DNA of 64,000 nucleotides from Anthoceros angustus. Its lineage: Eukaryota; Plantae; Anthocerotophyta. The DNA lies in assembly GCA_010909165.1 (NCBI GenBank), contig MU008236.1, positions 1 to 64,000 of the forward strand, in the 5' to 3' direction. Each line of letters opens with the position of its first letter. The first letter of the stretch is position 1. Shown here in pieces: positions 45,301 to 58,589 of this stretch. The translations under genes were made by a program, and so were the position numbers. The notes under the pieces were generated by a model, which worked only from the letters and a program-made list of their open reading frames with translations, had not been told where the DNA came from and searched no databases.

Positions 45301-48300
45301 TTGCACAAATGTGTCTGACTTCTGGCATGGTAAGAACTAGAAGACTGCTCATGCATTTCACTATTTTCACCTGGCTTTGGGAATACTTGTACGCCTGCAT
45401 GTTAAATAACTATTGTCATATGTCCGGTGTTTTGATTTGTGGCGTAAGAACATGTGTACAGGCATTCCAGAGTGAACCAGTTTTGCCAGTTCACATGGCC
45501 CGTCCGGATCAAGTAGACGAAGCTTAAAAGCTCTGTATCGGGATGCCCAAATGAAACTAAAAGGCAAAGACCTGGAGCTCCTTGTGGTCATTCTCCTGAC
45601 AACAATGGTGCTCTCTGTATTGATTCAGTTGTTGAAGCTCGTTGTATGCCACTGAATTTGAAGGAGGTGGTCTAAGAACCTTTGAGTACAATGAGATTAT
45701 CCTGTGAGGGTTTTCTTGGTGTGTTTTGAGTAGGCTGAAATTCTGTTTCTTGTAAAATATTCAGGTTTGTAAGATTGTAGAAGGGCAGCGATTTTCCAAA
45801 CGGTTGAATGAGAGACAAATCACTGCACTATTGAAAGTTACATGTCAGCGGCCAAAGGACAGGGAGATGGACATTGTGCAGGCCTGTCTTATCCTCCTAA
45901 TCATTATATATTGGCTGCTTGCCCTACTGCTTTAGCTTAGGTCTGTGTGGCCAATGGCTTGTGACATGCACAATTACTTATCTGTATGCAGACAGTCCAT
46001 CACAATGCTTATGACAGAGATCCCTATGCCTGTGAATTTGGCATCAAAATAAGTGACAAGCTTGCTTCAGTGGAAGCTCGTATTCTACCCCCTCCACGGG
46101 TCAGTTTCTACTTGTGCCTGGGAATTACACTTGAAAGTGTGAAGTAATGTACCTGATTGTTGTTATTGTACGAGTACAGCTCAAATATCATGATACCGGG
46201 CGAGAGAAGGATTGTTTGCCTCAAGTTGGTCAATGGAACATGATGAACAAGGTAACAACAGACTGATTAACAGAGGACTTATCGGGTTTTTTCTACTCAC
46301 TGTTCTTCTGGGAAGTGCAGAAGATGGTGAATGGAGGTGTTGTAAACTTTTGGGCTTGCATCAACTTCTCCCGGAGTGTGCAAGAAAATGTTGCCCGCGG
46401 ATTTTGCATCGAGCTTGCACAAATGTGTCTGACTTCTGGCATGGTAAGAACTAGAAGACTGCTCATGCATTTCACTATTTTCACCTGGCTTTGGGAATAC
46501 TTGTACGCCTGCATGTTAAATAACTATTGTCATATGTCCGGTGTTTTGATTTGTGGCGTAAGAACATGTGTACAGGCATTCCAGAGTGAACCAGTTTTGC
46601 CAGTTCACATGGCCCGTCCGGATCAAGTAGACCGAAGCTTAAAAGCTCTGTATCGGGATGCCCAAATGAAACTAAAAGGCAAAGACCTGGAGCTCCTTGT
46701 GGTCATTCTCCCTGACAACAATGGTGCTCTCTACGGTATTGATTCAGTTGTTGAAGCTCGTTGTATGCCACTGAATTTGAAGGAGGTGGTCTAAGAACCT
46801 TTGAGTACAATGAGATTATCCTGTGAGGGTTTAAAGTGACTTGTGGATTGTTGACATCTCTCACTGCAGGTGATTTAAAGAGAATCTGTGAAACAGATCT
46901 TGGTGTTATCTCACAGTGTTGCTTGACAAAGCACGTTTTCAAGATGAGCAAGCAGTACCTCGCAAATGTGGCACTAAAAATTAATGTGAAGGTAGATATC
47001 TGGCTTGCATGATAAATGCTGAATGCCGAAGGTGTCAAGTTGAGCTTGGTGCTTTGCTTGTCTTATTTTGAACGGGTCAGATTGATGACCCACTTTTTAA
47101 CTTCATTGGGTTGTAACTTTTGTTGTAGGTTGGTGGTAGAAACACAGTGTTGGTAGATGCTATTTCAAGGAGGATTCCCTTAGTGAGCGATATTCCCACT
47201 ATCATTTTTGGGGCAGATGTTACCCATCCTCATCCTGGAGAAGACTCAAGCCCATCTATTGCAGCTGTCAGTTTGGACCATGACATTTCTCTATGTATTG
47301 AGGCCCTGGTCGTGCACTTTAAATTCATCCTCAAGCTCTATTGGTCCCTGTGTTTGAAAATCTGCAGGTAGTTGCATCACAGGATTGGCCAGAGGTCACA
47401 AAGTATGCAGGCTTAGTGTGTGCTCAAGCACACAGGCAAGAGTTGATCCAGGACCTGTTCAAATCTTGGGTTGATCCAAAGCGGGGCCCATGCTCTGGTG
47501 GAATGATCAAGTACTTTCTGAACCAGACGGGGTCCATCTGGAGGTCCTTGATGGACCTGCAAAAGCTTCTCTTGCTATTGATGGTTTTCTTCCAGAGCTT
47601 GAAAGCACGATACAATCTCCTTCGTTTCCCTTATATTGTGTTGATCTACAGGGAGCTACTTGTTGCCTTCCACCGAGCGACAGGACAAAAGCCGCTCAGG
47701 ATAATATTTTACAGGTGTTTGGTTTGATTCTTTTGTAATTGTGGTAATTGGGTCAATACTGGCTTTTAAGACCTCAATAATCTTGTCCTGCAGAGATGGT
47801 GTTAGTGAGGGCCAGTTCTACCAGGTTCTTCTTTATGAACTGGATGCCATTCGCAAGGTGAGGATAGTCCTGAATGTTCTGCTTGGGGCCTCCCCTGATT
47901 ATTTAATGTCTGACAAATCATGTGTTTTGTCGCATGCAGGCTTGTGCTTCCCTGGAGCAAGGTTATCAACCGCCTGTTACTTTTGTTGTGGTCCAAAAGA
48001 GGCACCATACCCGTCTGTTTGCCAGTAACCACAACGATCGCAATACAACTGATAAAAGTGGGAACATCCTTCCAGGTTTGGCTCTCTGGTATCTGATATG
48101 CTGGCAGATAGATGTGAGTTTCAGAGCCCGAGGTCTGTGTTGGGAACGCTTGTTAATCTCTTCCATTTGATTTTGATGGGAGTTGCTTTCTGTTTTACTC
48201 AACTGCGCAGGTACAGTCGTGGACTCAAAGATCTGTCATCCTACAGAATTTGACTTTTACCTTTGCAGTCATGCAGGCATACAGGTCGCTGAAATGCAAT

Positions 48301-48956
48301 TTGTCCTTTTGCAAGCTACTTAACCTCGGTGTTCTGAGGTGTGTGATGTTTACACATACGCCTGTTGTTTTCTATTGTCCGCAGGGAACAAGCAGACCAG
48401 CCCACTACCATGTGCTGTGGGATGAAAATAACTTTACTGCAGATAGCATCCAGTCCCTCACTAACAATCTCTGTTACACGTAAGTTCATCGTAGGGTTAC
48501 AAGCAAGCACATGGTCATCTTCTGGAAGTGTTTTGACTGTTCAGGTTTAGCAGCGTTCACAGTTTTCAGCAGTGTGTGGGCTGTATTACAGGTATGCGCG
48601 GTGCACTCGATCTGTTTCTATTGGTAGGCGGCTGCAACCCTTGTTGGAACGAATGTGCTCTGCTTCATAGTGCTTGGCTTGCGTGGTTTTTGATGCTTGC
48701 AAGTTGATAATCCTCTATTTGTCCTGCAGTTCCTCCTGCTTACTATGCACACCTGGCAGCTTTCCGGGCACGATTTTACATGGAGCCTGAAGCATCAGAC
48801 AGTGGCTCCGTAACCAGTGGTGTGGGTCCTACTAGTAGCAGGAATCTGGCTACAGGGAGCTCAAGCTCTCGCACCACCCGGGTGGTTGCTGCTGGTCTAG
48901 TACGCCCATTGCCTGCCCTGAAGGATAATGTGAAGAAGGTTATGTTTTATTGCTAG
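37338..48956 (+). CDS. AGO1: Argonaute, AGO1/10 clade, multi-exon; 5' half fragmented by tandem duplications (ATG copies at 37338, 38692, 40513; TAG 48954-48956)
   Basis: Exons give [89 protein letters not shown] ([35 protein letters not shown]), MID ([33 protein letters not shown]), PIWI ([42 protein letters not shown]) and the C-terminal VMFYC. Introns are in-frame GT-AG plus one GC-AG. The symbol means AGO1-like; AGO10 is not excluded. Confidence 0.95.
38374..42016. repeat. Tandem duplication 8 (38374-40194 / 40195-42016)
   Basis: Microhomology ATCAAC at 38374, 40195 and 42011; promoter and first four AGO exons repeated. Confidence 0.92.
41410..44390. repeat. Tandem duplication 9 (41410-42887 / 42888-~44390)
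   Basis: Microhomology TAGATGAA(A)GAGGA at 41410, 42888 and 44376. Confidence 0.92.
44600..46830. repeat. Tandem duplication 10 (~44600-45710 / 45711-~46830)
   Basis: TTTTCTTGGTGTGTTT(T)GAGTAGGCTG at ~44600 and 45711; the AGO exons from VCKIVEGQR to LPDNNGAL are repeated. Confidence 0.92.
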
Positions 48957-49339
48957 AATGTGTCTCGGGTGATTTCTCATGAATTACAGGAAGGGATGAC
49001 AGCTTTATCTGCTAGGTTGAAGCCTTTGTCAGTCGTCATGGACTTGTGCCCTGGACTTTTTTATGTTGAGTGTTGAAGCAAGCGTAGCATATCCAAATAT
49101 GTTTTTTTGACGTTGAGAGACCCTATTCCTAGAAATTTGTTTTGTCATGATCGTGAAATTACGGAAGTCGCCATCCTCCAATGCGTCTGCGTCTGTAAAG
49201 CACTATTTCTTTAAGGAAGGGCTTTTTCCCAAAAAATTGAAACAATTGCTTGTCATGAAAAAACACCCAAATGCTGGCAAACTATGTTCCAAGCGGCATT
49301 GTATGATCTTCCTCTCCCCTTGCTTCCTCTACTTACGCA

Positions 49340-50508
49340 GGCGAACCGTGAATCCCCAGTTTCAAGGAGTGCTGCAGCTTGCCTACAATGGCAAGTTGGC
49401 CATGGTTGTGAGTGCCCACCAGGCTAAGATTGCTACTGGGACAGTCGCAGCCACCGTTCAGCCACCATCCGTGGTGAGTCTGACTGCTGCTGAGAGGGTG
49501 GCAGCCACGATTGGGGTCCCGGAGTTCATCCAAACTCCCAAGTACTTCAATTCGGTGGAGGAGTTCATGGCCATCCTTGAGAAGGCGTTTCCGCTCAAGA
49601 CTCATGAGAAAATAGCTGAGCTGGCCAGTTTCACTCGCAAGAAGGTGAGGGCTCCGGATGACCTAAATGAGGCTCAGCGCAAGAAGGCCTTTGGGATGTT
49701 GATTGACCAAGGCGGCCGAGAAGTTTCTTACTGGCATTGGAGGGGATCCATTGTTCCACTTTCAACTTGTCACCTCTTTGGTGGACGGTATGAGACATAC
49801 ACGGAATAGGTCCATGAAGGCGGAACGGAAATCGCATTTTCAGCGTATGCTTCTCGACACTCCAAGGCCTTCACGCACTATCAAAGCATGTTTTCCAGCA
49901 AGGGGAACACATCTGGAGGCGAGGGATCAAGGGTTTCCAAGCCCATTCGAGGCCAATCAAGTCGCAGCCATAGCCACCTCCACAGCGCTGTGCAATCGCT
50001 ATGGCAACCCGGATCATTTGGCTCGTGAGCTTCTGTGGAAGGTTTGCATTGTTCCCATTGCAACAAGACTAGCCATTTGGTTACAATCTATTTCCAAAAG
50101 CATTCGGAGTGCGGATATCAGCAAGGATAGTCCACACCTTCAGGACTCCACAGCTACTGGCGGTTGAATGCATCGAAGGGTCGATCGCAGTGGAATGGGG
50201 CCAAGGCCAAGGGCGGCTAACGACAAGATTCTGCATTGGAAGCGGCTGGCAGCACTTACACTCGGCCAGGGGAGCCTAGGCTTGGCAACACCTCCACCTC
50301 CAAGCCTAACGGGACAGCCATTTTGGCACCTCGGCTGAGGAGGAGAGGAGGATTACGCTACATGAGGCTTGTCATCCCAGCATGGACTCCATGCCTGATT
50401 CAGTCTTGCCTGCCACATGGGTAGGATGTGACTTGAAGAAGGCGCATTTGGATGTTGCAGCTGGGGATGCTGATCCCCTTACTCGGCAACAGAGGGCGAG
50501 GGCTGCCA
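49340..50508 (+). mobile_element. Gypsy gag-like fragment with two degenerate zinc knuckles
   Basis: FNSVEEFMAILEKAFPLKT, AAEKFLTGIGGDPLFHFQLV, CNRYGNPDHLARE and CSHCNKTSHL; cut by an LTR at 50509. Confidence 0.65.
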
Positions 50509-51677
50509 TGACTAAAAGGGAAGACGTTGAATTGAAAATAGTGTATAGAGAAATGACATTGTCCAGGCATAAGAAGATTGTCCAGGAAACGTCGTGTCTG
50601 TTCAAGCTAGGCTGGCTTATGCTAACGGATCGTTATTCCTAACACGCCCCCTTAAGCTAGACTATGGATGAGCTATGAACCATCAGCTAATGTCATCCCC
50701 AATCCACTACAGCAGATTTCGTGCTTGGGCTTCGGCATGGCTTTAGTAAGAACATCAGCCCACTGATCACTCGTAGGAGTGTAAGCTAAAGATAATTCTC
50801 CATTTTCCACCTTCTCACGAAGGAAGTAAAAGCGCATCTCGAGGAGTTTTGACCGATCGTGAGATCTTGAGTTTTGAGAAAGCGCAATTGTGGATTAATT
50901 GTCACACATCAGTCGAACGGGACCATCATGAGGAAAACCAATTTCACGAAGAAGACGACAGAACCACATAGCTTCCTTGGCAGCGGTAGCAGCAGCTATA
51001 TACTCAGATTCGGTTGAACTTAGAGCAAATGTGATGCTTTAGGATCGCCAACTCAGCATTTAAAAAAGCAAAACTCAGTATCGATTTAGAATCGGGATCC
51101 TGTCTAATGCATCACCAAATTACAAAGATTGTAGTGAATGCTTTCCATGGTAACATGCCTCGGCCGAGTAGCGGAGATATCTTAATATCCTTTCAGGAGG
51201 ATCAATGAGTAGGACTAGGGGACATAAAGGCGAGAAGTGTGAGAAGCCGAGAAAGCAATATCGTGGTGAGAGTGCACTTAGGTCTTTGAATAGAGCCTGT
51301 AGCTTGACAATAAGGTTGAGCTTTCATTTCAGCCCTAGCAGCATCGTCTTGAGGTGACATAGCCTTGGTCAACTTCACACCAGCTTGTAAAGGAGTATCA
51401 ATCGGCTTGCAATTCTCCATGTGGAACCTGGTGAGAACATCATCGACATACTTGGCTTGATGGATGGCGATGGTCTATTTTTCTGCATCATGTTTAACTT
51501 GAACACCAAGACAATACTCTAGGATGCCATTGTCAGTCATGTGGAATTCGGAGCTCAGCCCTGACTTGGCATGCTTGAGAACCTCTAGATTGTCAGAAAA
51601 GATGGCTAGATCATCAACATAAAGAGCTATGATAACAAGACCTAAAGGTGAGCGTCTAACATGATGAAATAGGTCAC
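50509..51677 (-). mobile_element. Ty1/copia 3' fragment: RT C-terminus, RNase H, PPT and 136-bp 3' LTR (50509-50644)
   Basis: IIALYVDDLAIFS, MENCKPIDTPL and RNase H sequence (TPTSDQWADVLTKA). The minus strand reads TTAAGGGGGCG|TGTTAGG...AGTCA. Confidence 0.88.
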
Positions 51678-54600
51678 TATTAGGGCACTCTTCACTAGGG
51701 CACCTAGAACTTAATGATTTATTTATTTGGATAGGGCATTAAGTAGTTTTCTTCAGTTGGTTACTTAAGTGGTTATTTGTTACAACCACTAGGTGGTTAT
51801 AACCACTTCTAGCCTTCTATATAAGGCATGTACTTTCTATCAAATGTAATGCAACACATATTGCTAGAGCTTGTGTATGATTCTCATCATGGTATCAGAG
51901 CACACTTGCTCTTTGTTTGCTTGTGCATCCTCATGCATCTAAGTAGCTTATCTAGGAGACACTTCCTAATCTAGCATTTGCCTAGATGGATCGTGTTTAT
52001 CCTAGAATTGCTATCTTTGCATGCATTCTTTTTATGCTAACATTTCTCTTTTAACAATGCTTTTATGCACTAATTCTTTGTTCTTCCTCCATGGATTTGT
52101 GTTCCTTAGAAGGAGGCATAGAGTTAAGAAGAGAAGTAGTCCGCAAGACAACAAGAACAAATTAGGAGCCCAACACATAGAAGCAATAGAAGACAACAAG
52201 CTATAGAGAGAGAGAGATAGAAACCTCCTCTTGTATAGCAAACTTCATTGCATCTATTTTAATTTCTAAACCGGATCAAGGGAAGTTTATCAAGCTAGCT
52301 AGAGATTTGCTAGAAGTTTTAGTCCAATTCACGTCAAGGCATTAGAATTAGCTCTCCAACATATCCCAAATTTGAATCGGTATTAGTACTCCTTTATCTT
52401 CTAGTCTCAAGACAAAAATAGCATAGAAACTCTTAGATTTCAAGAAATTGATAGTCAATTAGCAACTCTTAGAATCCAATCCTTTGATCTTAAGGAGAAT
52501 TATCTGAATTAAGGACAAAATTGTCTATTCTCTCTAAGGTTGATAATGCGAGATTTGAGAGCATGCTATCATCATCCGAATCGATTATGATGCAAGAGAA
52601 GAGTTTCGCTGCAATAGAGAAGATCGAGGTCAGATGCGAGGCCTAGTCCTCTAAATCACCTACAATGGCTGGAGTGATCAATGATGAAGAACAACTGCTA
52701 ATTCCCCATTGGGTAATGATAATGCTAACACTTCATTGCATTATCATTATGGTGAGTTCAAAGAGAAAGATAGATTCAATGGAAGGGATTATGACATCGG
52801 TCATTGAGAATGCGAGAGCTTTGCGGCAAAGAGACCTTTGGGGCATCGTCGATGGATCAATTCCAAGGCCACACGCCCGATTTGAACGTGAACTTCAACC
52901 TTCCGGACGCCTTAGAAGGCACAAGATTTATTGGTCGGACTTTCTCAACATATGGTGAGACATGTCGCACACGCAAAGACCTCCAAGGATATGTGGACTC
53001 ACCTTGCTCAATTATATTCATCTCGAGATGTAATGAGTATTGTTGCACTTCACGTAACTTCCGCAACCTCTCAATGAAGGAGTCCGACACCATCGAACAT
53101 CATGTTAATGCATTTCGCACGATCCCATTTGGAATCTTCAATGGCGTACCTATCTCGAGATGGAGGCTTACGTCATTCTCTTATCTTCATTGCCACCTTC
53201 TTATAGGGCTTTCATTACAACTCAAAATGATGATTCGCAATGTCGAAAAGCTGCAGATGAAGATCCAAATGAAGAGCCGACATCGTGTTCCGAACTTATT
53301 GGAGCATTGCTACAGGAGGAGGCAAGGGACGTCATCATCACTCCAGCCAACAAGCGGTGATGTATTCACAAAGGGTAGAGGAAGAGGACGAGGGGAGGCC
53401 GAGGTTCTACTTTCCGACCCCATATCCTGCATACTTTCCATGATGGAGAGGCATCTTCTTCAACACCGCAAGAGGTAACAAGAAGATCGGGATTATATGT
53501 AATTGGTGCGAATCCAAATCACATGGAAAAGGATTGTCGAAGAAGAAGAATGGGAACCTCGAGGCCCCACCGGAGCTAACATTGCAACAAGAAACAATCT
53601 TCCTCAACTCCAGTGCTCACGTGCTTCTTCCAAGCCCTCCAATACCTCATGGTACTTAGAGGGAGCTACTTCACATATTTGTTACAATGAAACTCTTTTG
53701 AGTCTTACTCACCACACCCCGTCTCCTGGAGATGATCACAACCTACCCATTGCGGTTGGTTCGGTTGTATTCAAGTGTGATTCGTTCTTCATCTTCATCA
53801 AGTCCTCCATGTTCCTTCAATGTGCAAGAATCTAGTATCACCGCAAGTCTTTGTCAAGAACACACTGCAGTGATCCTTTATGATAGTTTCTCTTTCATAA
53901 GTGATAGAAACTATACAATCTGCAGCACTTTAGATGATGGTCTCTATAGATTGTCGACAAGTGGGAGCCACCCATTCGCTAATGTTGCCATTCCAAACCC
54001 AATGACACCTACCCAAACCATGCTTTGGCATTGTCGCCTTGGTCATCCTAATAGTCAAAAATTAATCCAAATGTCTAAGGAGCTTTATATAGAACCCTTG
54101 CCTTGCAAAGGTTGAACACCTACCTTGGTGCGAATCTTGTGTCCTCACGCGACATCAAGAGCCTTTCAAAATAAATCTCCACAAAGGGCCAAGTCACCTT
54201 TAGAGATAGTGCACACATTTGTGGACCCTTGTCTACACCCTCCTTTAGTGGTAGTAGATATTTTTGACCTTCATGATGATTTCTCTCGCTTTGTCTTTTC
54301 CTACATCCCGAAAAACAAGAGTGATGCCTTTCACTTCTTCAAGGACTACATGAAATGGGGAGAGACTTACGATCACAAACTCAAGACCTTACGCTCCGAC
54401 AATGGTGGAGAGTTTACATCATCGAATTTGAGGATTTTGTCGAGTGAAGGTATAGCTCAACAACTGCTTGTCTACACTCTCAACAAAATGGCGCCGAGAA
54501 CAAGAATCTACGCCTCAAGAGATCAAGGTTGCTTATTGGTACAAGCTAAGTTATCTAAGGCTTATTGGGTGAGGCCCTCCTAAAGAACCTATCTCATGAA

Positions 54601-56469
54601 TCGATTGCCTACATCGCAGTTCAAGGTATGACTCCATATGAAGCATTCATTGGCAAGAAGCCTTCTATTGACCACCTTGAATTTTTGGATCCCATATGTT
54701 TTTATTCCCAAAGCAAGAAGTTGGATCCCAAAGTACACTTCATTGGCTACCGAAGGTATCAAAGGGTACAAATTGTTCAACCCTTCTACAAGGCAACTTT
54801 TATACGCCCGAGTGTTACTTTTCATGAGTCTTACCTCTTTTCCCCACAGGTGATCGATAGGCTTGGTCCTCCTCTTGATGAGACCATTGACCCTTCTTAT
54901 TTTTGATGATACGATTATTTCACTCCATTTCCCATTCCCGCTTCTCGTGTTCCTTTAGTTGAACCTATTATGCGGAGGAGGAGGAGTTAGCATCTATTCC
55001 ACAACTGGTACAACTCAACGACGATGTTGACATCCCAGAGGCGCGCTTGACACTCATGATGATGAGTTTGATGACCCGGAGGATGACATTGTGGAGCCAG
55101 CAGATCCCGTGCTGATCCCGCCTCCCGTGGATGATGCAGCACAAAGGTACAACCTTAGATCCCGACCTACTATCTCGGTCCTGCAGTTGGAAGGAACCTC
55201 CTTTAGGATACCTAGCTGTTTTGATGATCCTATACCCCTATATCACTTTATTCTCAAGTCTACAAGGCAACTATAGACCCGGAAGAACCTCTTACCTTAA
55301 AACAAGCTTTCTCTTCTCCGAAAAGACTTATGGAAGGTAGTGAGATCGAATATAATTCCCTAGTTAATAACTCTACATGGGAATTGGTCAAACCACCTAG
55401 GGGTAGGAAGATAGTAACCAGCAAATGGGTATTCAAAATTAAAAGAAAAGGAGATGGTTCTATAGAAAGGTATAAGGCACGCCTAGTAGCGAGGTTTTAC
55501 ACAATTCTGGTCTAGATTACATACCTTGGGCCACTTATGCCCCAAGTAAATTTGCCACACTTGAATGATATTTGCCTTATGTGCCCAACATGATCTTGAA
55601 CTCCACATGATGGATGTTAAGACAAGATATTTGTATGGGCTAAGAAGAGAAATATACATGAGACAACCCGAGGGTTCAAGTCAAAGGCAAAGAAGATTGG
55701 GTATGCCGACTCATCAAAGGTTTGTATGGCCTTAAGCAACAGCAAGAATTGGAATTTAACCATACATGTACAACTTATTGGGAGAGGATTTAAGCAAAGC
55801 CGGTGATGCTTGTATGTACATCCTAATATCCGCAATGATATATTTTATCTTCTACTTTATGTTGATGATGTTTTTATGGCAACAAACTCCCTCACTCTCC
55901 TAGCGAAACTAAAGCATGGCTTAGGACTCTATTTGAGATGTCCGATCTAGGAGAAATGACATATGCACTTGGTGTTAATATTATAAATAGAGGTAATAAG
56001 ACTCTAAGTATAGTTCAAACCAAGTATATTAAGGAGAGTTTAGCTAAATTTGGACTTGAGGATGCAAAGCTGCACCCACACCTTTTGCAAGTGGTGTTAG
56101 GCTTACCTATATATGAGTCCCAAAACAAATTGAAGAAAAGCTAGAAATGTCGCTAGCTCCATTTTGTTGGCACTAATATATTTATGCAATTTTACGAGAC
56201 CAGATATATCTTTTGAAGTCGGCCTCGCTCACAATTCTTGGAGAATCGGACGTGAGCCTTTGGATGTCTGTAAGCGTATATTCGATACCTTAAAGGCACT
56301 ATGTACACGTGATCGATGTTCAAGCATACACCAGATCAACACATTAACTCTAAGATATGCCGATGCCGACTATGCCGGTGACCGACACAAGAAAAATCAG
56401 ATCGGTATGTGTACTCTTGGAGGAGCACCAATATATGGTCAAGTAAGAAACAACCTACTATAGCTTTTT
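51678..56469 (+). mobile_element. Ty1/copia: ~210-bp 5' LTR, Met PBS (51890-51901), long leader, gag-PR-INT-RT, truncated at the start of RNase H
   Basis: CA|TGGTATCAGAGC; FKEKDRFNG gag, WYLEGATSHIC, LWHCRLGHP, LRSDNGGEF and TWELVKPPRGRKIVTSKWVFKIKRKGDGSIERYKARLVAR. Confidence 0.92.
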
Positions 56470-57900
56470 TGTCAGGTCCGAGAGTTTAGAAAACCGTCTT
56501 GAGATTCTCCTCTAGCGCCACACTTATCCTTTCGTCGCCGTCGGTTTGTCCCATGAGACTTGTGGAAAGTTCGAGCGGATGACGGTGCCTACCGCTATAA
56601 CACACTTCTTAGCCTTCTAAACAAGCAAGGTGCCTCTACTCTCCTAATACGGCTGCAGCGCTTTGCTAAAAATCACCAATCCTCGACCTACAGCGACACA
56701 ACACACCAGGTCCCGCCTTAGCCGAGGGAGCCGCCCAGGACCCCCGATCCACACCGCAACCGTCCCTACTTAAGACCACTCTTCTCCACTCGGGGAGCTC
56801 TTTTACTTGCAGTTGGGATTCGTCCCTTAGGCTCTGCGTGTGGCCTTCCGCTAACGCCTACACTCTATTCCTCTACTCATCTCCTCATCCTCTTCCTCCT
56901 ATTCTAACCTCAGTTCGGGCTTAAGCTGACTCGCCCTTACGGCACAAGCTTGGCCTCCACCAGAAGTTCTTCCTTGGGCGGCTATGAGTTTGACACCAAG
57001 CAATGAGAACCTGTGAGTCTTTCCCTGTAGTCTACCCTCAGCCGAAAGTCTCTGGCATTGCCACACACCCAAAGCAAAGCAATTTCACAAAGAACCATTC
57101 ACAAGGGAGCAACTGCTTAGGCGCTTGCAGGAGCAAGCCCTCCACTAAGCACTCACCCACAGACTTCCTCTCTACTGACTGCTTGGCTCACAGCCGGCAC
57201 GAAATTCCTTTACAAGGGCAAAGGACTCGCGAGTATGGAAGCGCAAGACGTGATACTTTACTTTGTGAAATCCTCCTCCTCTTATAGGAGGCTTCCCACA
57301 TACAACCTCCCTTAGGTGACCCTACTGCAGGTCACCTTTTCCAATATTCTATTATTTCCTACCGCCAGCATTTAATGCCTGGCACCTAAGTCCATTGTCT
57401 GATCCTTGGTAAATTCTATTCTAGTAACTTCACCTAAGATCATCCTTAAAGGATGTCAGTCTACACCACTTATCCTTTCTATTCTCCTACTCAGCATTTA
57501 TGGTCTTTGACCATACCTAGTCCTCACCTCGCTGGAATAGTGGCGTGTCCTTGGTGGATTGGCTTTCCTTGCCCCCTTTTGCTCTCGCCCCTTCCCAGAT
57601 TCTGTCGTCTTCCAAGTGTGTGGGGCAAGTACAATTTTGCCCCTTCCTCCAGCTCCGCGGGGTGGCGCCCTGATTCCTCCATCATCGGCAAGCGCCCCCT
57701 GCGCCAGGCGCGCCTTCTTTCCGATCTCCGCTCACCGGGCGCTCCTAAGGGCACCCTACGCGGTAGTCTGCGAGACCATCGACTACTATCATGGTAGTCG
57801 ATCTTCATCTTTCTTCTTCTCCCCATCTCCGCCTCTTGAGTTGGAATCTTCCCGTGCTTTCTCCCGCTTTGATTTGTCCATACCTATCAAGGAGCATTCA
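56470..57900 (-). mobile_element. LTR (56470-57300) and 3' remnant of a diverged ORF2-family retroelement inserted in the copia
   Basis: TGTCAGG at 56470 and CCCACA at 57300; colinear similarity to 15247-16250. Confidence 0.65.
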
Positions 57901-58328
57901 CAAATTTTCCTCCCCAATAAATCACAACACTAAATACATGACAGATGGAACTGCGCCGTTAGAACTACCTACCAACTAAGCTACATCATCAATAAAATAC
58001 CTTGCATGCTTAACTTAAATATTCAGTAATTCTAGGGTGGTCAAACAAGCAAGAGATTTACTTAATAAAAGTAAGCCTTACTCCATTAGGCAGGATCTTT
58101 TAATACCTATGGCAACCGGAGTTAAGTTGAGTTATTATAACGGTTTGTTATTCCCTAAGCTCATCTACATGTTAGGTCATGCTCTCGCCACTAAGTGCAC
58201 ATTGTGATGGGGATGGGATTAGACCCACGCCTGCTAGGTCACGTTGATTATCCTAAGTGGTGATTATCTCAAAATGATAATTAATCATATTATTATTTGG
58301 AAAATTGAGTGAAATTTTAATTAATCTA

Positions 58329-58330
<2 letters not shown>

Positions 58331-58386
<56 letters not shown>
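58331..58386. repeat. (TTA)n microsatellite, ~18 units
   Basis: Direct read. Confidence 0.98.
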
Positions 58387-58589
58387 TATCCCTATTAAAT
58401 TATTTATCAATTTTCATATTCCTAATTTCCATTGCATCAACTATCCTCGGAGGAAGAACTTTGTCCCAAAGTTCAATGAGCCCATAAATAAGAGCAAAGG
58501 ATGTTGGGGTAGATTGAGAGGTGATGGGTAAGCTCTCATGTCGCATCCGAGTGCGGGTACCCTTTCCACATAACTAATTAAACATTGAA

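Noticed and set aside
37338-46830. Tandem cluster of several AGO paralogues
   Set aside because: Copies are near-identical including introns, break mid-exon or mid-intron, and share a single PIWI half.
29790-48956. Prokaryotic Argonaute plus methyltransferase defence system
   Set aside because: The AGO is a multi-intron eukaryotic AGO1/10-type gene, and the MTase is embedded in a retrotransposon pol; there is no operon context.
49320-49345. Splice acceptor (CTTCCTCTACTTACGCAG) exonising gag into the AGO 3' UTR
   Set aside because: No matching donor or transcript evidence; such a site is plausible by chance.
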